Of a stretch of 64,000 nucleotides of DNA, positions 34,803-43,071 are shown piece after piece (the stretch's first letter is position 1; each line of letters begins with the position of its first letter). The position numbers and the translations under genes were made by a program. The notes beneath the pieces are model-generated. The model saw nothing but the letters and a program-made list of their open reading frames with translations, was not told the DNA's origin and did no database searches. This stretch comes from Verrucomicrobiia bacterium (GTDB lineage Bacteria > Desulfobacterota > Binatia > UBA9968), in contig DATJFG010000186.1 of NCBI GenBank assembly GCA_035495775.1, forward strand, positions 13,791 through 77,790, given 5' to 3'.

Positions 34803-37800
34803 ATGAAGTTAAACATTCGAACCCTTATCTCATTCAGTACTCTTGCCGTCAGTGCGCTCTTTGCGCTGCCGGCATCCGCGCAGTTTCCCGGCGGATTTAT
34901 TACTAAAAGCTACGACACGCCGAATCGACCGAGATTGACGCAGTCTCAGATCCAAAGCTTTCTGCCCGCGGGACGGGGAAAGTTCACCTTCCCGGCCCCT
35001 TACAACACCGAGGGTGTCCGCATCACCATACCGACGGATTGCGGCGGCGCCGACTGCGTGGACTACGTCGGATATTCCTATTGGAAGAACATGAACAACC
35101 ATCAGAACAGCGACACGATGTACATCGTGTTGGGTCTTAATCGGAGCCGCGGTGGTGCGGAGGGGCCGACGCTGTTTACCTATAACAAAATTACTGACGC
35201 TGTGACCAAAGTCGGACCGCTGTTCGATCCATCGACGAAATGGAGCTGGTCGGCGGCCAACGGCTTTTACTTCAGCGTCACTCAGCCGACCAAGCTCTAC
35301 GTGAATTACTGGGGCGACTCCACGCTCTTTCGCTACGATGTCGTGACGCACACGTTCCAGCAGATTTTCGACATCGCCTCGCGGCCGGATATCTTCGGCT
35401 CGAATCGCAACATCACCCAATATCATTCCAGCGACGACGACAAGGTGCACTCGTTCACTGTGCAGGACTCGAACTTCACGATGCTCGGCTGCGGGGTTTA
35501 TCACGAGGATACCGGAAACTTTCAGTATTTCCCGAAAGTTGGAAATTATGACGAATGCAATCTAGACGCGTCTGGGCGATGGCTCATCATACTTGAGGGC
35601 GGTCCTGACTTGGATAATCACGTTATCGACTTGCAGACGAATACCGAGACGGTAATCCTTAACCAGAACGGCCGGCTCGGTCATTTGGATATGGGTTACG
35701 GATATACCGTCGGCGACAGCGGGTCTGTGCCGCTACCCCAGGCCTCGCTTCTCTATAAATTTCCCCTCGCAACCACGACTTATCCCGTCGGGCCGACAAT
35801 CTTCTACAATGTCGACTGGTATACGAGCATCGTGAATCATGTGAGCCATCAGAACCGCAAGCCAGGCGTGGCGCCGGACCAGCAGTATGCCTGCGGCAGC
35901 AACTTAGACGACAATCCTTCGCGTGAGAACGAGATCGCCTGCTTTCGGCTTGACACGAGCTATGACGCATTGTTTGTCGCGCCGGTGATGACCGACATCA
36001 ATGCCCCGGGCGGCGGCGACAGCTATGCCAAATATCCGAAGGGCAACCTCGATATCACAGGGCAATACTTTATCTGGACCAGCAATATGTACGGCAACCG
36101 TCTCGACGCGTTTATCGTCAAGGTGCCCTCCCAATTGCTAACGGGTGCAACTACCACAACGACCACCTCCACGTCCGATACCACGCCTCCGACGATCAGC
36201 GGTGTATCCGCCCCCGTCGTCGCCTCCTCATCCGCCACCGTCACGTGGGGAACGAACGAATCCAGTGATTCACAGGTGGAATACGGCACGACTACGGCTT
36301 ACGGCAGCTCGAGCTCCGTCAACTCGACAATGGTAACCTCGCATACTCAGTCGCTTGCGGGTCTTGTGGGGAGCACGGTTTATCATTATCGTGTGAAGTC
36401 GCGCGATGCAGCGGGAAATCTTGCGACGTCTGCGGATTTTTCTTTCACGACCCCAGCGCCTACCGATACTACGCCGCCGGTCATCAGCGGGGTCTCCGCG
36501 CCATCGGTCACTTCGTCCTCAGCGAGTGTCTCATGGGTGACGAACGAGGCGAGCGACTCACAGGTGGAATACGGCACGACGACCGCGTACGGGAGCTCCA
36601 CCGCAGTCAATTCGACAATGGTCACGTCGCATTCGCAGTCGCTCAGCAGCCTAGCCGCAGGCACGGTCTATCACTATCGCGTCAAGTCGCGCGATGCGGC
36701 GGGTAATCTCGCGACGTCTGCGGATTTTTCTTTCACAACTTCAGCGGCGGGCGATACGATATCTCCGACAGTCGCCATCACTGCACCGGCGGCAGGCGCG
36801 CATGTGAAGGGAAAGATAAAGGTCGCCGCGACGGCCTCTGACAATGTGGGTATCGTCGGCGTGCAATTCCAATTGGACGGCAAGAACCTCGGGGCCGAAG
36901 ATACCACGGCTCCTTATACCACCATTTGGAACACATCCACTGCGGCGCAGGGATACCATACATTAACCGCGGTTGCGCGCGACCAAGCAGGCAACCGAAC
37001 GACATCGGCGCCCGTCACTGTTATCGTCGGCACAGTGACCGCCGACACCACGGCGCCGACGGTATCCATTTCGTCGCCCGCTGCCGGGACAACCGTCTCG
37101 GCCACGATAACTGTCACAGCGAACGCGGCGGACAATGTCGGCGTGGTCGGCGTGCAATTCAAGCTCGATGGGGTCAACCTCGGGAGCGAAGACACGGCGG
37201 CTCCATATTCGGTGTTTTGGGACACGACGACGGCTGCAAACAGTTCGCATGTCCTCACCGCGGTCGCGCGCGATGCCGCTGGCAATTCGGCCACTTCCAC
37301 AGCCGTCGCAGTGACGGTCAACAATGCCGCGGCGCCCGTGATTTCGAGCGTGTCGGCCTCGCCGATGGGTTCTTCGGGCGCTGTCATCGGTTGGAAGACC
37401 GACAAAACCTCGAACTCCCAGGTCGAGTACGGTATTACGTCCGCCTACGGCGCCTCGACGCCACTCGACGCCGGAATGACAACAGCCCATTCGGAGGCGC
37501 TCTCCGCGCTGACGGCAAACACCGTTTATCATTATCGAGTGAAATCGACCGATACCTCGGGAAATCTCGCCGTTTCCGGTGATTCCACCTTCACAACGCC
37601 CGCGTCGGTGCAGAATGTTGTCTGGACGAGCCTCATCAATACTACCGCCAGCGGCAACTCGTTGCAGAAAACTGGTGGCTGCGATGGCTGCGAAGACGCG
37701 GGCGCCGCTTCTCAGCAGCAAATCCTTTCTGGCGACGGCTATGTCGAATTCACGGCGTCTGAGAGCAATACCAACCGCACCATCGGGCTCAGCAACGGTA

Positions 37801-38087
37801 ATCCCGGAGTAACGCGCGGTGAGATCGCTTTTGGGCTGCAAATGTGGCACGTTTCATACCCCTCTAATCTAGAGGTGCGGGAGAACGGGAATTACCAAAC
37901 CGCGACGTCCTATGTGCCCGGCGATGTTTTCCGGATTGCCGTCGTATCAGGCGTCGTAAAGTATTATAAAAATGGCGTCTTGTTTTATACGAGCACGAAA
38001 GCGCCTGTTTACCCATTGCTTGTAGACACGTCGCTCTGGAGCGCCGGGGCCACGATCGCCAACGCGGTCATCTCCACCTCGCCGTAG
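34803..38087 (+). CDS. large secreted protein, paralogue B: same N-domain + 3 Fn3 + 2 Ig-like + same C-terminal domain
   Basis: Start moved to ATG 34803. Signal peptide ..LFALPASA/QFPGGF. Domain modules read from the translation. Confidence 0.8.
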   Translation: MKLNIRTLISFSTLAVSALFALPASAQFPGGFITKSYDTPNRPRLTQSQIQSFLPAGRGKFTFPAPYNTEGVRITIPTDCGGADCVDYVGYSYWKNMNNHQNSDTMYIVLGLNRSRGGAEGPTLFTYNKITDAVTKVGPLFDPSTKWSWSAANGFYFSVTQPTKLYVNYWGDSTLFRYDVVTHTFQQIFDIASRPDIFGSNRNITQYHSSDDDKVHSFTVQDSNFTMLGCGVYHEDTGNFQYFPKVGNYDECNLDASGRWLIILEGGPDLDNHVIDLQTNTETVILNQNGRLGHLDMGYGYTVGDSGSVPLPQASLLYKFPLATTTYPVGPTIFYNVDWYTSIVNHVSHQNRKPGVAPDQQYACGSNLDDNPSRENEIACFRLDTSYDALFVAPVMTDINAPGGGDSYAKYPKGNLDITGQYFIWTSNMYGNRLDAFIVKVPSQLLTGATTTTTTSTSDTTPPTISGVSAPVVASSSATVTWGTNESSDSQVEYGTTTAYGSSSSVNSTMVTSHTQSLAGLVGSTVYHYRVKSRDAAGNLATSADFSFTTPAPTDTTPPVISGVSAPSVTSSSASVSWVTNEASDSQVEYGTTTAYGSSTAVNSTMVTSHSQSLSSLAAGTVYHYRVKSRDAAGNLATSADFSFTTSAAGDTISPTVAITAPAAGAHVKGKIKVAATASDNVGIVGVQFQLDGKNLGAEDTTAPYTTIWNTSTAAQGYHTLTAVARDQAGNRTTSAPVTVIVGTVTADTTAPTVSISSPAAGTTVSATITVTANAADNVGVVGVQFKLDGVNLGSEDTAAPYSVFWDTTTAANSSHVLTAVARDAAGNSATSTAVAVTVNNAAAPVISSVSASPMGSSGAVIGWKTDKTSNSQVEYGITSAYGASTPLDAGMTTAHSEALSALTANTVYHYRVKSTDTSGNLAVSGDSTFTTPASVQNVVWTSLINTTASGNSLQKTGGCDGCEDAGAASQQQILSGDGYVEFTASESNTNRTIGLSNGNPGVTRGEIAFGLQMWHVSYPSNLEVRENGNYQTATSYVPGDVFRIAVVSGVVKYYKNGVLFYTSTKAPVYPLLVDTSLWSAGATIANAVISTSP
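34878..36146 (+). repeat. copy 2 of the ~1.27-kb duplication
   Basis: See copy 1. Runs of 30-80 identical nucleotides are separated by single substitutions. Confidence 0.9.
36177..36752 (+). repeat. two tandem 288-bp Fn3-module repeats inside paralogue B
   Basis: DTTPP(T/V)ISGVSAP..SQVEYGTTTAYGSS..VYHYRVKSRDAAGNLATSADFSFTT occurs twice, at 36177-36464 and 36465-36752. Confidence 0.9.
36753..37331 (+). repeat. two tandem ~290-bp Ig-like-module repeats inside paralogue B
   Basis: DT.(S/A)PTV.I..PAAG..V...I.V.A.A.DNVG.VGVQF.LDG.NLG.EDT.APY...W.T.TAA...H.LTAVARD.AGN occurs twice, at 36753-37043 and 37044-37331. Confidence 0.85.
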
Positions 38088-38088
38088 G

Positions 38089-39270
38089 TTACCCGCCTTC
38101 CGCATCCAGCGCCTTGCGCGGCGCGGCCGCCCACGTCGGCCGCGCCGCGCCGGCGATAAGCCGCAGCAGTCCGCAAAAGAGCCCCGCATTGAGCACGACG
38201 AAATAGCGCGCGGCGGTCGCTAGCCGGCCGACCGCCGGGAGCGGGCGAAGCAGTGCGCTGCCCAAGGCCAGGGCATAAAAGGCCAACTGCGCGGCCAAGA
38301 GCCAACGAAAAAACGGATCGTCAAGCAACGCCAAATTTCCGATCAGACCCGCCAGCATGAGCCACGGCCCGAGCCATCGAAGCGCTTTATGTGAGAAATA
38401 CGCCAGCGCGATCATTCCTTTCCACGGCAGCAGCAGTCTCCACGTCCATTTCAGAGCTTGAAAATCACCCGCGCCGATGCGCACGCGCCGACGGAATTCA
38501 TCGCGCACCTGCTCGGGAGACCGCTCACAGGCGCGCGCTTCGGGCACAAAAAAAATACGGTCGCCGAAGCGGAGCCGCATGAGCATCGGAATCAGGAAAT
38601 CGTCGACGATCGCTTCGCGAGACAGTCGCTGATACCGTTCGCGCCGGAACGCGTAGATCGCCCCGTTGGCTCCGAGGAGGCTGCCGAATTGCGATTCGAG
38701 CGTTTTGATCCATGTCTCGTAACGCCAGTAGGCGCCGTCCAGATTGCCTTTTTCGAACGGTGACCTAAGCTCCAGACATCCAACGACGACCGAGCCGTGC
38801 GGATGCTGGCCGAGAGCTCTGACGAGTTGCCGCACTGCGTCGAGGCGAAAGTATGTATTGGCGTCGGTGAGGACGACGATGGCGCTCCGCGCCTCGGCCA
38901 TAAGATCGTTGAGCACGCTCGCCTTGCCTCTCCTTTCAGGAAACGCCAGCAGGCGGACGCGCGCATAGGATTTTACGATTTCTTCCGTGCGGTCGGTAGA
39001 TCCATCCGATCCGATGAGAATCTCGACCCGCTCTGGTGGATAGTCGATTTTGAGCAGATTTTCGATGCGCTCGGCGATCGCCTGCTCCTCATTATAGGCG
39101 GACACGAGGATGCTTACGTCAGGCCATTCCGCGGGCTCATCGTTCGATTTATCCGGCTTCGATACGAGCCGGCTAAAAAACCAAAGCATCGCGGGATAGC
39201 CGACGTAGGTGTAAAACAAGAGCGCGAAGGATAGTAAGGTGAGCCAGTAAAAAACCTGCTCGGTGCTCAT
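38089..39270 (-). CDS. membrane-embedded (synthase-type) family-2 glycosyltransferase
   Basis: N-terminal TM, VSILVSAYNEE..GSDGSTD..LTDANT.. catalytic core, degenerate QxxRW-like RRRVRIGAG, and 3-4 C-terminal TM helices. Same architecture class as PgaC/IcaA/Alg8. Confidence 0.8.
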   Translation of the reverse strand: MSTEQVFYWLTLLSFALLFYTYVGYPAMLWFFSRLVSKPDKSNDEPAEWPDVSILVSAYNEEQAIAERIENLLKIDYPPERVEILIGSDGSTDRTEEIVKSYARVRLLAFPERRGKASVLNDLMAEARSAIVVLTDANTYFRLDAVRQLVRALGQHPHGSVVVGCLELRSPFEKGNLDGAYWRYETWIKTLESQFGSLLGANGAIYAFRRERYQRLSREAIVDDFLIPMLMRLRFGDRIFFVPEARACERSPEQVRDEFRRRVRIGAGDFQALKWTWRLLLPWKGMIALAYFSHKALRWLGPWLMLAGLIGNLALLDDPFFRWLLAAQLAFYALALGSALLRPLPAVGRLATAARYFVVLNAGLFCGLLRLIAGAARPTWAAAPRKALDAEGG

Positions 39271-39318
39271 TTGTTCCTTATTTTCAGAGTAAAGGTGCGA
39301 CCAGGGACGTTGGCCGCA

Positions 39319-40533
39319 TCAATTAAGAATGATCAATTGAAAAAAAATTTCCGTCTCATCGATGAAGGTCGGGAACATCACGCCGAGCGTTCGCTGGACT
39401 ATTCTTTTAATCCAAGGCATCCAGTGGCGGAATAGGGGATGCAAGCAGTGATACCCCACTTCGGTGGCTCCGGCCAACAGCCAGAGAAATTGCGAGTAGG
39501 TGTTATACGGAAACAAACTTAAATCCACTACTGGTCGCGTGCCGTTTGCGAACAGTAACTTGTAATCGGCCAAACCTCGGCCGAAATCGAGCGCGTCGAC
39601 GATGCGGCTTTGGTGGAGTTCTTCTAAAATTTTAAACAAAAGAACCTTGCCGGGATTGAGTTTGGCGAATTGGGGATCGTAGCCGACGACATCGTAAGAT
39701 AACTCGCCGTGGCGAATGGTCGCGTAACAGTACGCCGCGGGTACGCCGCGAATATAGAGGATATAGCTGCGCCACCTGCCAACGGCGGCGAGATAAGAGG
39801 TCTTCTTTACGGCCTGCGGGGTGACGCGAAGAGCATTCATGCCTATCTTCCACTGGTACGTCAGCCGGGCGATGCTTCCCGCGTCGCGCATGAACTGTTC
39901 CACGTCCGCGGGCGAATGATAGATCTTTATCTCGACGTCTCCCGCAACCGCCTCATCAAGGAGCCGAACCTCGCGTCTTAAATTGTAGCGGGCCTTCTTT
40001 GTAAAGCGTTTTTTGAGATAGCTTTCGAAGGTATCATCGAGCTTTACTTGAACCGTCGGCACGTCCTTGCGGATCATCCGATAGCGCGGCCTCTTTTGCG
40101 CGCTCCCAAGGCGTCTCACGAGCGGATCATCTGGCGAAACCTCGAGGATATTTCCGATATGCCATCCGCGCTGATTGAGCAACAGCTCGAAAAAGCGATC
40201 GAGAAGGTTATCGGGAATTGTCCTGACGCCGACGAGGCCGAAGATCCTGAGTTGCCTGACCGGCAGACGCCCCAAAGATAACGGGCCGACGGCCGGTCGG
40301 AACTGCTTCCAGGAAAACGCATACGTCAGGTAGGCGAACGGTACTCCATCGTCGTAGGCTACGACCGCGCCCGAATGCTCGCCTTCAAAATCTTCCGCGA
40401 GGAATTCAGCATCCATCCCTGGAATGGTTGCGCTTGGGAGCCCTGCCGCCCGCAGCTTGGGCGCTAGATCGCGCAATGCTTCGCGACTCGCATAATGTCG
40501 AATCTCAGTATCCATCGTTTGCAGCTGTTTCAC
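39319..40533 (-). CDS. CelD/BioF2/FemAB-like GNAT-fold acyltransferase (copy 1 of 3)
   Basis: Core ..SYILYIRGVPAAYCYAT..YDVVGYDPQFAKLNPGKVLLFKILEEL..DFGRGLADYKLLFAN matches the CelD-like pattern (G...YK..W/F). GTG start uncertain. Confidence 0.65.
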   Translation of the reverse strand: MKQLQTMDTEIRHYASREALRDLAPKLRAAGLPSATIPGMDAEFLAEDFEGEHSGAVVAYDDGVPFAYLTYAFSWKQFRPAVGPLSLGRLPVRQLRIFGLVGVRTIPDNLLDRFFELLLNQRGWHIGNILEVSPDDPLVRRLGSAQKRPRYRMIRKDVPTVQVKLDDTFESYLKKRFTKKARYNLRREVRLLDEAVAGDVEIKIYHSPADVEQFMRDAGSIARLTYQWKIGMNALRVTPQAVKKTSYLAAVGRWRSYILYIRGVPAAYCYATIRHGELSYDVVGYDPQFAKLNPGKVLLFKILEELHQSRIVDALDFGRGLADYKLLFANGTRPVVDLSLFPYNTYSQFLWLLAGATEVGYHCLHPLFRHWMPWIKRIVQRTLGVMFPTFIDETEIFFQLIILN

Positions 40534-40559
40534 GTTTTTCTCTCGGATAAATCACGCCA

Positions 40560-41873
40560 TTAAGCGGCGCTTTCGACGCTTTTCTCGATTTTACTTTTTT
40601 GAACGATACCTCTCGTGAGGTCGATGACGATGTGATTCGCGTCCGCGGCGGCAAGCGCAGCGGCGGCCTCGGTGTCGGCGTTGCCGATGACTAATACCTC
40701 GGCGTGCGCCAGCAGCTCTTCGACCGTCTCGCACATCAGAGACGAGATGTGCGGAATCTCCTCCTCGATGTATCGGCGGTTCGCCCCCATCAGGCGGGCC
40801 AAGGAGACGTTGCGGTCTAGAATGCGCACGTCGCAGCCTTTACCGATGAGCGTCTCGGCCAACGTGACCATGGGGCTTTCTCTCAAATCATCTGTCAACG
40901 GCTTGAAGGAAAGCCCGACAATGCCGACTTTGCGTTTGCGAGTCTTTAGAATCGCTTCCACCTGCTGGCGGACCTGCCCTTCGTTGGACGGCAGGATCGA
41001 AGTGAGCAGCGGGACGGCGAGATCGGCCGAGCGCGCCGCGTAAATGAGAGCGCGAAGGTCCTTCGGCAGGCACGAGCCGCCGAACGCGAATCCCGGTCGC
41101 AGGTACATTTCGGAAATGTTGAGCTTTTTATCCGACATAAAAATGCGCATGAGCTCCTGCGGATCGACGCCGAATGCGCCGCAGATATCGCCGATCTCGT
41201 TAGCGAAGGTGATTTTCAGTGCGTGAAATGTGTTCGAGACGTATTTGAGCATCTCCGCCGTTTTAATCGTGGTCTGGACGAAGGATGACTGAACGCCGGT
41301 ATACAACGAACGTAGCAAGGCCGCCGTCGAGGCATCTTCGGTACCCACCAACGTGAACGGGGGCTGAGCGAAGTCTTTGAGCGCGCTGCCTTCCCGCATG
41401 AACTCTGGATTGACGGCAACGCGGAGAGAAGCGTCCAACGGCCGGCCGGCGCCGGCGGTCAGGGCGGGAATGAAGATCTGCTCGGTCGTTCCCGGCAGCA
41501 CCGTGCTGCGGAGCACGACGGTGAAGGGGGCCGAGCGCGTCGCGAGCGCCGCGCCGATCTCGCGAGCGACTCGCTCGATCGCGGCGATGTCGAGCCGACC
41601 ATTCGATCGACTCGGTGTTCCTACGCAGATCAGCGCGAGTTCGGTCTCTTTAACGGCGTTTTCCGTGGAGGCGATCGCGCGCAGCCGCTTGTCCCAGACC
41701 ACCTCCGCCAAAACGTCGCCGAGGCCCGGTTCGACGACCGGTGGGACCGCGTCGTTGACCATGACGACCTTCTCCGGAGTGATGTCGACGCCGATTACCT
41801 GATGGCCTGTTTTGGCCAGACATGCCGCTGTCACACACCCGACGTATCCTAGTCCAAAGACGCTAACTCGCAT
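40560..41873 (-). CDS. algD: GDP-mannose 6-dehydrogenase (AlgD-like nucleotide-sugar dehydrogenase)
   Basis: MRVSVFGLGYVGCVTAACLAKTGHQVIGVD, ICVGTPS, VVLRSTVLPGT and GLSFKPLTDDLRESPMVTLAETLIGKGCDVRILDRNV closely parallel P. aeruginosa AlgD as recalled (MRISIFGLGYVGAVCAGCL.., GLSFKAGTDDLRESP..LIGKGYELRIYDRNV). Confidence 0.8.
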   Translation of the reverse strand: MRVSVFGLGYVGCVTAACLAKTGHQVIGVDITPEKVVMVNDAVPPVVEPGLGDVLAEVVWDKRLRAIASTENAVKETELALICVGTPSRSNGRLDIAAIERVAREIGAALATRSAPFTVVLRSTVLPGTTEQIFIPALTAGAGRPLDASLRVAVNPEFMREGSALKDFAQPPFTLVGTEDASTAALLRSLYTGVQSSFVQTTIKTAEMLKYVSNTFHALKITFANEIGDICGAFGVDPQELMRIFMSDKKLNISEMYLRPGFAFGGSCLPKDLRALIYAARSADLAVPLLTSILPSNEGQVRQQVEAILKTRKRKVGIVGLSFKPLTDDLRESPMVTLAETLIGKGCDVRILDRNVSLARLMGANRRYIEEEIPHISSLMCETVEELLAHAEVLVIGNADTEAAAALAAADANHIVIDLTRGIVQKSKIEKSVESAA

Positions 41874-43071
41874 AGTGAATGGCCTCCTTTAAATGCATTT
41901 CGAATTCCGCCGCCACCTGTTTCCACGAATATCGCTCTTCGACGAGTTTTCTGCCGCCGTGTTCCAGCTTGCCGCGCCGCGTGGGGTCGCGAAGCAATTC
42001 GATCACCGCGCGCGCGAAATCCTCCGGATCGTCCGCGGCAAGGAAATGCTCTCCCGAGACCAGCGGCAGCCCCTCCGCGCCGATCCGGGTCGAGACGACC
42101 GCTTTGCCCATCGACAGCGCCTCGAAAATCTTGATCCGCGTCCCGCCGCCGATTCGGAGCGGAACGACGTAAACCGCGGCCTCGCCGACGTACGGTCTCA
42201 CGTCCTCCACCGTCCCGGTCACGCGCACCGCCGCGCCCGCCGCGGCGCGGAGCCGCGGCGTGGGATTTCGGCCGACCACTGTGAGCGTCGCTTCGGGAAT
42301 TTCTTGGCGAATCAGCGGCAGGATCGACTCTATGAAATAAAGAATGCCTTCTTCGTTAGGATACCAATCCATCGAGCCGGTAAAGACAAGCTTTGCCGCC
42401 GACTGACGTGTGCCGTTCGGGTGAAAGTAGGACGTATCGACCCCCGTGGGGATCGCACGCACTTTCGCCCGAGGGGCCGCCGCCGCTAACACGGCCCGGT
42501 CGTTCTCCGAAACGGCGAGGGTCAGCTGCGCGCGCGTGCACGCGTTCGCTTCGGCTCGTCGGAGCTTTTTCCATTCGATCGCCAGCAGAGCGCGGCGCAG
42601 CGGGCGCGTTTCAGCGTCGTAGAGCCGTTTCCAAATAAGATACTCGGCGTTGTGCTCGAACAGTACCGTCGGTACGCGCACTTCGCGAGGCAGGTTTGGG
42701 ATTGCGTAAAGGAAATCGACCACGCAAAGATCGGTTTTCTCGGGCGTAAGGCGCTGAAGGACTTCCCGTTGGAGCGCCGGGATGCGCCATTTCCAGAGCG
42801 TTACCGGCAGTGGAGATACCCATGAGCGCAATAGCGCCAGCACGAACGCTCGGCTATCGCGCTTGGGCAGCGAGTAAGGCACCGAAACCACCTCGCAGCC
42901 GGGCAGATTAGCGGCGAGGCCGGCGGCATCGTCGCCGACGCCGTGCGTCGTCAGTACGGTCATCCGGTGCTGCCGCGCCAGTTCGGAAATGATATGAAAA
43001 CTTCGCTGCCTTCCGCCGGTATTGAGCGGCCAAAGGCCGCCGACGTTGAGCCAGAGTATTCGCATGATCAT
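41863..43071 (-). CDS. GT4-family (GT-B) glycosyltransferase
   Basis: Start moved to ATG 43071 (ATGA overlap with the asparagine-synthase-like stop). The track's 74-aa Arg-rich extension overlaps the upstream gene. C-terminal E..G....EA...G.PVV-type motif (FEALSMGKAVVST). Confidence 0.85.
   Translation of the reverse strand: MIMRILWLNVGGLWPLNTGGRQRSFHIISELARQHRMTVLTTHGVGDDAAGLAANLPGCEVVSVPYSLPKRDSRAFVLALLRSWVSPLPVTLWKWRIPALQREVLQRLTPEKTDLCVVDFLYAIPNLPREVRVPTVLFEHNAEYLIWKRLYDAETRPLRRALLAIEWKKLRRAEANACTRAQLTLAVSENDRAVLAAAAPRAKVRAIPTGVDTSYFHPNGTRQSAAKLVFTGSMDWYPNEEGILYFIESILPLIRQEIPEATLTVVGRNPTPRLRAAAGAAVRVTGTVEDVRPYVGEAAVYVVPLRIGGGTRIKIFEALSMGKAVVSTRIGAEGLPLVSGEHFLAADDPEDFARAVIELLRDPTRRGKLEHGGRKLVEERYSWKQVAAEFEMHLKEAIHYAS

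Noticed and set aside
36177-37331. Regular ~288-bp periodic repeats as a possible CRISPR or satellite array
   Set aside because: The period is far too long, there is no repeat-spacer structure, and the units are in-frame protein domain modules.
36963-37850. 295-aa minus-strand ORF, and other antisense ORFs, within paralogue B
   Set aside because: These are artefacts of Thr/Ala/Ser/Gly-rich repeat coding sequence. The plus-strand frame encodes clear Fn3 and Ig modules.
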